From assembly GCA_050575255.1 (NCBI GenBank), contig JBNZDD010013632.1:2240480-2304479 (forward strand): a DNA stretch of 64,000 bases. Reading direction: 5' to 3'. The translations under genes and the position numbers were made by a program. Positions 36,270 to 47,535 of the stretch are shown here, one piece after another. Numbering within the stretch: the stretch's first letter is position 1; each line of letters begins with the position of its first letter. The notes beneath the pieces are model-generated. The model saw only the letters and a list, made by a program, of their open reading frames with translations, ran no database searches and had not been told where the DNA came from. The stretch comes from Harriotta raleighana (taxonomy: Eukaryota).

Positions 36270-37673
36270 AAGATGAGACTCTCCTGAACATCAGATAATC
36301 TGCACATGATGGCATTCCTCTTTTTTTTTTTAAATGCCCAGAAACTAGCCCTTTGAACAGTAGTGTTTTCAGACTTTATCATATCTTGCAAATAGCCCTT
36401 TTGTTTTTGTTCCACATTTCTATCTTTTAGTTTTTTTCTTTGCATCTACCAACACATGGATCTTAATTTTACCTTTTTTTTGGACATGCTAATATGTGTG
36501 CGTGTTCCACATTCAATCATAATATGAGTAGTTTCACATTCACAGTAGAAAGTTTACATTTTGAACAAAGGGTGGTCAGAGTGAATTTCAGATTAGTTTC
36601 GAAGACTATGAATTGATCATATTTATTTCCAAAAGCAACTAACTGCACACCTTTTCATTATTTTTTATATCTTCTCTGTAATATTTCTTGATGAAATATG
36701 GCCAGTAATGGAATTTGACCAACTATGAGTGATAATTACTAATGTGTTTGTTTTTGTTCGGAGTTCTAGCACAGCCTGAAGTCAGGCATGTAATGTTACT
36801 GGAAACGTTTCACATTTCTGATTAGTAACTGAATTATTTACTATGTATTGCACAAAAGCAACTTTAAATACTCAGGTTTTGAAGCTATTTTTGCTATCGT
36901 ACAGGTACTACATCTTTACTATTCAGTTTCTCATGTTTGAGAAAATGAAATTGTCACTAGTACACAAAGCACATCTTCAGGAGGAGCTGATGATTTAAAG
37001 TTTATAGTTTATGATAATTTGTCAATTAAGGTTATACCTAGATTTTGCGTTTTTTTTAAAAAAAAGAAACTTCTCGATAGTCACTTTTGTGCAGAAAGGA
37101 ATTCCTCAATCATTATATGCCATTCCCAATCCAATATTTCAGTTAGTTTCTACAAATGTATTTTGTTTCTGTGCCTTTTTGTGGAAAGGCCAGAAGTAGC
37201 ATGGACAGAACTAAGAGCAGATACCTCATTGCCATTTTAATGAGTTACTGAGGTTCTGATGAAGAGCAAGTGGGGGGATTTTTTTTTAACAATTTAGCTT
37301 TATAAATCAAATGTAATCAAATAGTGGGTTTTGAATGTGTATTATTGCTTTATACGTTCTTGAGTATTTATCACTCCTAAAATAATTCTGGATGTTTTGT
37401 TTTTAAAAAAAGCTATATTTATAAACCCTTGAGCCATAGGTTTTAATCCCCAGTAGCTTTGGATCTTACAAGAAATTACTTAGTAATCATGAAAAATTCA
37501 AGGCAATGCCGTTTGACATTAACGGTTATGGAAATCAACAACAACACCGTTAAATTAAAGCATGTCAGTAGCTATACATCATTTATTCCAACATCCTATA
37601 TTCTTTGTGATTACTGAAGGAAGTTGCTGTGTTGTAAACTTGGACCTTTTTAAATTAAAGAAACAAATGAGTA

Positions 37674-37901
37674 CAGGCAGTCCTCAAGTTACATCAGGGT
37701 TAAGTTCCTAAGATGTGGTGTAAGTCGAATTTGTATGTAAGTCGAGTCACCCCCCTATAACGCTTACAGTAACATACAGTGATTGATTGTAGTGTTGTAA
37801 CTTCTAGACTTTGGATGTAACTCGGACGTAATTTTACCGATATTAAGCGTTGCAACTTCGAATTGTCGTACCTCGGAACGTCGTAACTTGAGGACTGCCT
37901 G
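37674..37901. mobile_element. Tc1/mariner-superfamily (pogo/Tigger-like) MITE, 228 bp
   Basis: Perfect 19-bp terminal inverted repeats CAGGCAGTCCTCAAGTTAC (37674-37692) and GTAACTTGAGGACTGCCTG (37883-37901), flanked by a TA target-site duplication. Internal gtaagtcga/gtaactcg subterminal motifs. No transposase. Confidence 0.93.
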
Positions 37902-38121
37902 TAGTCAACAACTGTATATAAAAATATTTCCAACAGCATGACTTCTGCTGGATACTGGAATCAAGAGTTCCCACCAGTTATTTTGACTTGCTTCCAGTTA
38001 CCGCAGTGCAGGAGTGTTTTTGAACAAATTCATTACAAATATTGTGCTTTTAAACTCATATCATGACTCGCAAATATCATTTTACATAGAGGATAATCAG
38101 CACCACCTTGAATCCTTAAAT

Positions 38122-38256
38122 GATTGGAGAGGACAAACTTGCATGCCTATGGAGAGAGCGCAGGGGAGTGGGATTGATTTGGATAGCTTTTTTCAAATGC
38201 CGGCACAGACACGATGGGCTGAATGGCCTCTGCTATATAATGCAGTGATTTTATGA
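38122..38256 (+). mobile_element. CR1 LINE 3'UTR end
   Basis: atggagagagcgcaggggagtggga...gccggcacagacacgatgggctgaatggcctc...gtgattttatga, homologous to 30592-30718. Confidence 0.8.
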
Positions 38257-39029
38257 AGCAGGCTGTACAATTTGTGATTGGGATTGACACTGTTTCTAAT
38301 TAGTATAGTGTATTAGACAATGTTGGTTCTTTTAAATCCATTTCCTTGCCTTTACATTTACAACTTTATGCCCATACTCCCAGTATCTACTATCTTTCAA
38401 ACATCCAAGTTGATTCTGACTTCTGGGGCCCTGCATTCAAAGGATAAATGTAAAATATTGCTTTTGAAGCAAGTGGAGTGGCAGCTCACATTAGACAAAT
38501 GACACTATTAAACAATGTTAAACACTCATAATAGTCTCATTTTTAAAATTTTATGTGGTACAAACAATAATGAATGACCGTTTTATAAATATTTTGACCA
38601 GAGAGCTGATCATAATTTGTCACTAGCAAATTAGTCATTGCACCCTGAAATGATGTGTTCCATTACCAGCAGTAATCATTGTTATCCTTTTGTCTCCTAT
38701 AAATAGAGTAGATTGTATGGTTCGTCACTACATCAATGTCCAACATCAAAAGTTGGCGTCTGGTCAGTAAAAGTAGGAGTATGATATAGGAATGGGGGAA
38801 AGGACATCTGGCATGAATTCATCTGTGTTTTTATATTTGAATCGCTTTGCTGTTTTTGTCTGTTCATCTGCTCACAGGGAGATGTATGTAATGAAGCATG
38901 TAGTTGCAACTAGGCTATACCTCAGCTGGAAAATGTCACATTATATTACACGTTCCTCAAAAGCATAAATCATGTTCAAGATTTTTTTTAAACTGAAGGT
39001 AAGAAGAGAACCAATTGAATAATTTCAAG

Positions 39030-39035
39030 AATAAA
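39030..39035 (+). terminator. Candidate polyadenylation signal for the TMEM33-like mRNA
   Basis: First canonical AATAAA I found downstream of the stop at 36269. ATTAAA variants occur earlier (~37554, ~37654, ~38507) and more AATAAA near 39465 and 39614, so the true site is uncertain. Confidence 0.25.
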
Positions 39036-39887
39036 CAAGTCCCGGGAAATTGCATAATGTACTTCAAAATTTGGTTGCATGTTACGGTTGTCAAAAGCTG
39101 AGATCTCTGGAGGCTTAAGTATTCATAGTACAAATGTGATTATAAAGATTGTAAGATTATGCATATGTTCAAAGGGTTCTGGGGAATCTAAGACAGCCTT
39201 TATGCTGTGAATTTCACATTTCAATGTTGGAAACACCTTTGCAAGACCTCTGCAATATCGAGAAGCTTTTGTTCGTGTCTTCATGTGCATTATCCATGGT
39301 ATGTGGCGAATGGACTTGTGTGTGTTAGTATCTGTATAACAAAAGTATATACCAAATTATTATGTCTGTTAGTTTCCTTTATGTGCTCTGAGAATGCATC
39401 CAACCTTATCCAGGAATGTCTACCATTTATGTATGATTATGATAAATTTAGGAGGAAAATGCATAATAAAAGATCAGACTGCAGGAAGTAATATTAGCCT
39501 CTACTTGCTATTTTTATCACTTACAAAGAAGTGCAATATTGTTCTGCTTATCTTTGAACAAATATTTTTGTGAAGTGCATTCTATAGTATAATATGAACT
39601 AGAAATGTCAAAAAATAAACACATTTCCAGTATCTGGTGTCTGTTTATTTTTCTATACATGGAAATATTTGACACTTGCAGGTTTGTTTGTAATCTGTAT
39701 CCTTCATAATTTAGTAGAAAGACATTCTGCAAAATATAAAAGCTCCAGATATTCAGCTGTAATGGGTCTCCAGAGGATTTCGAGAGTAAACAGATGAAGA
39801 TAAAGGAAGATTCATATTCTTAGAATGTATCAAATGACACGTTTGATCTAACTAATGAAGCTCATAAGTATATTATGGAGACCGGTG

Positions 39888-39947
39888 TTAAAGCGCTCTG
39901 GGACGCAAGCCTGTGTGATGGCCAATATATAAATGCAAATTGTTGTT
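39888..39947 (+). mobile_element. L2/SINE-type 3' tail fragment
   Basis: aaagcgctctgggacg...gtgatggccaatatataaatgcaaattgttgtt. Confidence 0.55.
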
Positions 39948-41946
39948 AATTTCTACAGGATTGACAAGTGATGTTGGATGGAAAGGGATAAAGCAGTTTT
40001 GTGCGTATGGTTTGATATGACTATCAGTATTATAGGAAACCTCAGAGCAGATGATCTGGTATTGTCTCTTAGTTTTGGTAGAGTTGTTTAAAACTTCCCC
40101 CGTAGCACTACAATTCAACCATTGGTTTGATACTCTTTTATACCAATGTAATCTTTTTATTACTACGTTATGTTTTAAATCTTATTTGTTTTACTAGCTA
40201 ATTTGTTTTCGGGGCAAGATATCTTCTCAAAAACAAGACTGCATGACTTATTACAAATTCACCACAGCTTTACAAATATTTCACAAGTTGTTCTGAATAT
40301 GGATTTGTGGATAAATTGAATTTATCTGAATCTTAAAATAGAATTTGATCACAGTGGTCTCTTGTCAAACAATGTGCATGTTCCCAATGCTCCTACTTAT
40401 TCCAGGAAAGTTCCTGCTTATCTCAGAAAGGTTGTGTGCTGTATACTTCTCCAGGTGTTCAGTTAGCACCCTCTGTGATTGCCCAGCATGAGCCATAATT
40501 TGAGTGGAGTGAGATGGATTGCTTTGCTTTTTCAAATACAACTCGTTCGGTTTCATCAGGTAAGTGAAGATCACAACAATTTATGACCTGCTTCAGCTGC
40601 AACGCCATCATCTATTTGTGTATTTTAATGTAAATTCTAACAGTAATTAGTAGAGATTTCACAGTTGATTGTCAAACTTTTATCAGAGTAACTATGCAGA
40701 ATTTAGTCAAATAGTTGATTGAATTTTACATTAAAGTATAGATAGGTTTTTCTATAACTTTACATGAATGTCATCTACAATTAGAAGTATTGTGTGGACT
40801 TTATGCGTTAAAGTGTCTTGATATGTCAGATTTCCCACTAATAGTACTCATACAAATTTGGAATGTACAGTATTATATAATGGGTAGAAACTCACTTTGC
40901 ACTTGAAGAAATTCCTAGTGCTACCTGATACGGACATTTTCCAGCCAGATACTGTATTTTACATGTTCCTTCAGATTTTGGCTGATGGTGAGATGCTGTG
41001 TGGGAGATAATGCTCTCTGTAGTAACATTAAGCACTTCCAAGTCAGTGTTATCTCTTGAGTCATGCCTCAGCCACATTCTCTAAAAGGTTCTCTATGTGT
41101 GATACCCTATTCCCCACACTGTTTAAATAATTTTACACTGAGCACCAATTGCAACATTTCGCTTGTTGCATTCTTTTACCAGTTTCCCAAAATAAATAAC
41201 GAGACGTGGGACTACAGAATGCACAAAATAAGACCAAACAAGTTCATATGCTACAAGTGAATACAGTACATTCCGAGTCAGTTGTGTGAAGGATGACTGA
41301 TCAAGAATGTTTTCTGTATTCATTCATCGTTTGGCAGCTCAACTCTTAAGAAGGAAAGCAATAAGTTATCACAAGGTGATGTGACTCACATACCTTGTGT
41401 GAAGCGCCTTGGGGAAGTTGATTCACATTTAAGGTCACACATTCATAATTTGGACAATTTAGTGAATTCTTATACATTAGAAACTGAATTAATATGAACC
41501 AGTCTCAGCTCACAAAGGCTTAACATTAGTCAGCCTCAACTCATACAACCTATGCAGATACTGACTCAACATGTAGTCACAGTATCCCCTGTATGCCACT
41601 CCATAAGGATTGTTCCCGTCCACAATGCACTACCAAATGTACTGTGTGTTGTGAATGTTTGAGAATATGCAGGTAAAGCACAACGGTGGTTAAATACAAC
41701 ACTGGTCATTTTTGTGAAAAAAAGAATGTAGAGGGTCTTTCATCATCGTTCCAGGTTTGACTTGGGGCTTCAACAACATGCATTTATATTGCACCCTTCA
41801 CGTGTGGTAGTGTCCTGGATCACAAGAGATGAAATAATGCTGTTCTATCTCAATGCACAAAACCTATCTTTCAAAATAAAAACAAATCGCAGTGGCTTGA
41901 CCAAGAATCTTTGCTACTTTATCCTTCAATATAACCTTTCATCACC

Positions 41947-42200
41947 GACAACCAGAAAATTACACTTGTTTAGCTCTTTTCACCTCAGGAGGCAAGGGAG
42001 GAGGCGAGGCGGAGGGACTGCGGGATGGAGTTCCAGAGGTTAGGGGCAGAGTGACTGAAGGCCCACCCGCCAATGGTGGAGTGGATAGGTCGGGGGATGT
42101 GGAGCAGGCCGGAGCATGCTGAGCAGAAGGGGCAGGCAGATTGGTAGGGGGTTAGCAGGAAACGGATGTAGGGTGGGGCAAGGCTGTGAGACCAGCTATT
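41947..42200 (-). mobile_element. L2 LINE 3' fragment (internally deleted)
   Basis: aggcaagggaggaggcgaggcggagggactgcgggatggagttccagag...caccc gccaatggtggagtggataggtcgggggatgtggagcaggccggag is collinear with 30288-30445. A separate tail remnant lies at ~41771-41818. Confidence 0.8.
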
Positions 42201-42311
42201 GAACCTGAGACACTATTATACAATAAAACACTATCATTGCTGTTAATTTATGGCTGAAAGTGCAATTGTATGTTGGAACAGTTGTTAAACTTTAAGTTTC
42301 TGTATATATAA

Positions 42312-42378
42312 TAAATTCTCAATCAAATGTGAGGTAAATTCTCAGTCAAATGTGACTTGAAGAATTTTCTATCAAATG
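42312..42378 (+). repeat. Tandem repeat, 23-bp unit (2 copies plus a degenerate third)
   Basis: taaattctcaatcaaatgtgagg taaattctcagtcaaatgtga ... aattttctatcaaatg. Confidence 0.7.
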
Positions 42379-43570
42379 CATATCCTCAAATAAACCAATA
42401 TATTTTCACACTGTAAACAGATTAAAAGTTAATAAAGATAAATTATCCAGAAGCATATGGTTCATCTGTCAAATTGGAAAGCCTCATACAAATTTGCATT
42501 CTCAGTTTGTGTTGAAAACCAGCTAGTTTAGAAATGATTATGCATTAAAAACTTAATATTGAATGTCATAATGAAAGTACATATTTAACTGAGTCTTTTC
42601 ATGCACAATGGAACGTTACATTAGATTTGATTTATTTTGCCTTGATGTTTCAAACAAGTATTTCAGACATCCTGTGAACAAAATTGTGGAACAATACTCA
42701 TTAACTGACGATGCATATAAGTAAAATAATTTTAAAAAAACATGAAAATGATTGTCTAGATTGGTAGACATCTAAAAGAGTTCCAAACAAGCTTGATGAG
42801 TTTTAAAGCCTTTGTTAATTTGCACAAAACTTTAAAAATCTGGGTTCTCCACATTAAAGTCTTTGACAAAAAGTATTGCAGTAGGTGTATGTAAATCTAA
42901 ATGTATGTTCCAAATGTATATTCATTCAGCGGGTCTTTATTCTAGGGTTTCCAGTGCACTAACCATCCTCAACATTCCTGGGAACTCTGCTGCAAAAGTA
43001 GATTGTGTAGTAACAGAGTTTCTGAGATCAGTACGATGTATGTCCAGTCATCTGGGAAAGTTCTCCCATTTAGTTCAAGAATTCTGTTAGAAATCATTGT
43101 TTCCAACTGCACTATATTGACTCTTGGATTGGTACATTTAATTCCTTATGCACTTCTGCAGAAAGTCTAAGGGTTTTGAGCTGTCTTCATTTTGACATTC
43201 CCCGATTGTTCCATGGACACAGGGAAGCTGAGATATGTGGGCCAGAGCCCAAGGGAGGAAAAAAAGCATCAATTTTGCAAGTGAAATGAATATTCTTGTA
43301 CTTGTGAAATACGTTAAGATGTTTTGAAAGGATAAGACCATAAAAATGGGAGTTCTCTCTTACTGACATTGCTAAGAAGAAATCATATCATATCTCAAAT
43401 TTATTATATCAGTGATCTATTGGATTCACACCCAATTGCACACCACCTTTCAAGCTTGTTCCTGCAATTTTTATGTGTATTTGAAGCAAGATTTCACTCC
43501 ATTATGTTTCTTCAAACTGAATACAAGCTGGAAATGAACACTCCTGTATTCTTATGCTACATTTACTATT

Positions 43571-43880
43571 AATAATAATACTTGCTTTTGATATGGTGCT
43601 TTTCACTTGTTTTTAGATGTCTCAAAGTACTTCACAGAATATAATGTAAATTTAATTGACTGTATGTATGTGGGCGAAATGCGACAGCCAATTGCGCACA
43701 GCAGTGTCCCACAAACAGTCATGATTGAAAGACCCAATTTACCGTTTAAAATTTTTTTTTTAAGGATTATTATTAGGTGTGTGGAGTAAGAATACTTCCC
43801 CAAGGTTTCGCCCTGTCTGGAATTGAATCCAGGTCTCTCGCTTGTAAGGTGAATGCTCTTAATCACCGAGCTACTGGACT
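43571..43880 (-). mobile_element. Full-length tRNA-derived DeuSINE-like SINE
   Basis: Collinear with 10331-10660 from the (aat)n tail to the head (minus strand agtccagtagctcggtgattaagagcattcaccttacaagcgagagacctggattcaattcc). Confidence 0.92.
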
Positions 43881-45978
43881 CCACAAGTTGCAATTGTTAG
43901 ATTTAGTGCTTTAAAGCGATGTTGCCATTGAAAAACATTATCATAAATTAATAATATTTTTGAAAGAAAAAAATGTGTAACAGCCTCTTTTACCATCATC
44001 ATTTGTTGAATGAGAAATTGTAATGTAGTTAAAATGTTCTAAGTTGGCACAAAATCAGCCAAGAACGTTCAGGGCTATAAATGAATTCAGTTAAATGGAT
44101 TGGTGCAGCTGCAATATGGTTTTGAGTACAGTTTGTGTTTCTCTACAAAATGAGTATGATTACACGTTTACTCACTTACATACAGCTTTGTTAACTCACA
44201 GTTTCTATGTGTGTTTTGTGCTCATTTGTAGACTTGAATTGAGATTGGGTTACATCCAGTCCTAATTTGGATTGTTCTTTGAAACGGATCCTTGCTGTGC
44301 CAACCATTGTAACCAACACAAATATTTTGAAAAGAGTGAACTGGTGACCAAATACTTATGTTACTGGTAAAGTAGGCTTTTAGGAAATACAATATCCAGT
44401 GAAATCTTTGTGATATCTCCCATTTTCCAGTCGAGACAATTGTGCTGTTAATGTTTCATTTGTAAACGCATAACATGTCAAATCCACTTTCTTTAGAACA
44501 AAGAAAGGATGAAGAAATAAAGAACAGCTGCATTTCCTATTCTTTGGAAATCCTCAGTGATGTAGTCATCAGGTTTTGTAATTGTTTGGTATTAATAATA
44601 TGGTGTTTGTCTCCACATATAGCCTTGACAGAGGAGGTGGTTTCATTTTGTACTTTAAACATTAATAAAAAAGAAATTATTGGAACTACCATAATGCAAG
44701 GTCCAAATAGATTTGGGTCAGTGCATTTATATCTGCATTTTTCACTTTTGTAGCTATGCTATAAAACTTCACATGAATGTGAAGAAAATTTCAGCAATTT
44801 ACAACAACAAAAGAATACTTAAACCACTTTTTTAAAAAATTGAATCACATTGTACAAATGCCATACAGGACCTGGCATTATATGTGACCTTTTCTGCTAG
44901 AAGGTAGACTTTTACACGCAGGTAAATTGATAGGTGAATCTGATATTCACAGTGTTTTGACACAATATACTGTACTTCCATATGACTTAAAGCTAAACAC
45001 AGAAGCACTGCATTTGTGGATCTCTTAATTCAAACTGGATGTATGAAACATAGTTAGGCAATTCTGGTTTCAAAAACTTCAAATTATTGTATTATATCCA
45101 TTGTTATTGCCTTAGTATAATATATAAAAACAAAATGAAAGAGTAAATTATGGGATTATTAATAACTACAAACATAGCAGACATCAGTTACACGATAATT
45201 TGCTTCGATATACATGATACCAAACTATGATGTCTGTGCTAACTTAATCATGAGTCATGACCACAATTGACCATTAAAGATTTTGTTGTACATACATGGA
45301 TTGCCTCATACAACAAATAGCTGGTATTCATTTCTAACATCTGCAAGCTCTTAAAACTTCCTCTATAATAATTTCCAAACGTTTCTCCACAGTTAACCAC
45401 ACCAAGCCTGAAAAGTGCTGCTCTTTGCCAACCAGGATGATGAATCAACAAGTGGCTATCTTCCTATTTAATTCCTCAAATTCAGAGCTGCCACTAACTA
45501 CCAGTGGAATGTGTGGCCTGGATTACTTTCATTTGGGACGTGTCTGATAGGGTGAATGAATTTCAGAGAGCATACGTCTGTGGTGCGAATTTGCCTGTAA
45601 AAGAGGAACAGGAGCTATTCAAATGCAGGTCATATGAGAGAAGGAGAAACATGCTGGCAACGCAGGAGGAGGAGAGGGAGCCATGGAAAGTAGATTGAAG
45701 TGTTATCCTCTAGCACTCAGAAATGGAGGCGTTGAGATATCAATACCACACCCATAATAATCACCTTGTTTACTTTATTTACTGCCTATTCATTTTTATC
45801 CTAATTCCATTTTCTTTTAAAAGGAGCTGTATTGCACAGAGGTATCAGATGGCAGAGATGCACCTCTTAGATAAGAAGGAAGCTATTATATCAAACATGT
45901 ATTCTCTTACTACTGTTGACTAAAGACTGCAATACAATCTGTTTCTGATTTGCATGTAAGCCATCAGAAATTAAGGTA

Positions 45979-46030
45979 ATCAATCAAAATTACATTTATA
46001 TAGCGCCTTTTATGTCGGAAGGACATTCCA
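45979..46030 (-). mobile_element. L2-type tail remnant with (GATT)n end
   Basis: aatcaatcaaaattacatttatatagcgccttttatgtcggaaggacattcca. Confidence 0.65.
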
Positions 46031-47077
46031 ATTACAACAAAAGACTATATTGGATAAATAATGAAGAGAAAATGCACTTTGTGCGTATGTTCAGTGCAGA
46101 GGAAGAAGAATTGGTGTTCCGGTGGTGAATAAAATATTGATAATGGTTTAAAAATAAGTTTATACCATCAAATATTCTCCAACAGCTATTGTCATAAGTG
46201 GAGCAGTTTTGGGATTTCCCTTATCTCTACTGCTAAAGACTGTACTGCCTGTATCACCATAGCCTGCCCAGTACAAGAGAAATATTCAAGTACATTATTT
46301 TTAAATACTCCAGATATATTCAAGCCTGACATGAGCAAGTTTTACCAAATTCAGTTTGGTTTAAGACTAACATGATGTATTACATCCACTTTTGTTTTGT
46401 CCACCTCAATCTTTTGCATGTTAAGTCAATTCGGCACTTTTGTTGTGGAAATAGTGCTCATATTTAGAGCAACAGTGGATCGTAAGATTTGCCAATAATG
46501 TGCTCTTGCCAGTAAAGCATTCTACGAGCTGGTCCCTGAACAGTAAGAAGTTAACTTATTCCAGGGTGAAAGCTGATTGCTGCATTTATACAATGTTGGC
46601 TCCAGCTCTTGGTGCTGCATATGTGCACTTGTTGTTTTTCATCGCAGCAAATCCCATCATCTGATTGCAATGACCAATGACAGTAAAAGCACTTGGGGGA
46701 TGTGCTACATGTGTTGCAGTCACCAAGCCTGCTGTGGCCCAAAAATATGGTAGCCTTTGATTGTTAGTGTTTATGCTATTTGAACACTACGAGGAATCGG
46801 CCAACTTTGTTCAAGCAAAAGCACCATCTCTAATTTTGCCACCAACTCTTGGCTTGCCCTCAGTGGCAAAGCAACAAAGCAATGGCATATAAAATTAACA
46901 GCAAGAGCACTACATAAGCCAACTGACTGGCAGTCAAATTTATGGTTGTGGACAGCACGCCACGTTTATAATGTCACTTGAGGATAACGTTATAATGTCA
47001 TATTAAGCTATTTGCTCCCGACTTGCAGTTCCAATAACACAGCCACAGGTTGAGACTTCTGTGATTGCAATCCTAAC

Positions 47078-47080
<3 letters not shown>

Positions 47081-47108
<28 letters not shown>
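47081..47108. repeat. (TA)14 microsatellite
   Basis: Direct reading. Confidence 0.95.
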
Positions 47109-47111
<3 letters not shown>

Positions 47112-47464
47112 CAATGTGTTTCTAGTTCCATCCAGACATAATATGGATAATGCTCGCATTTGATTACAGTGCCTATAAAGTCAAAATGATTCAGTGTTTC
47201 ACAGGAAATTTTCAAGTGTACTAACTGTTTTTAGGAAAATGTGACTGCCATTTTGTGATTGGCAAGGGTTTCAAAAACAAGCATTAATTGATTGAGTAAT
47301 TTATCTGGAGGATTGTTGGGCCAGAGAACTGCAAGAAACTCCTGCCACTTTTTCACTTTCTTTAAAAAAAGTGTGATGGGTCTTTCAACTTTCATCTAAA
47401 CAGGCAGAAAAGCAAAGTGCAAAAGGAATCAAGCTGCAGCCTGTGTTTGTTTGCAAAACAATTA

Positions 47465-47535
47465 AATTTATCAATCTGCTTTACTCAATGCCATCTCCTG
47501 GGGAGATGGCATTGAGTAAAGCAGATTGATAAATT
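47465..47535. repeat. Perfect inverted repeat, 34-bp arms with 3-nt spacer
   Basis: AATTTATCAATCTGCTTTACTCAATGCCATCTCC-tgg-GGAGATGGCATTGAGTAAAGCAGATTGATAAATT. Confidence 0.97.

Noticed and set aside
40892-41077. Minus-strand exon-like ORF ending at a GTGAGT donor
   Set aside because: Weak acceptor, unrecognisable peptide and no in-phase partner exon found.
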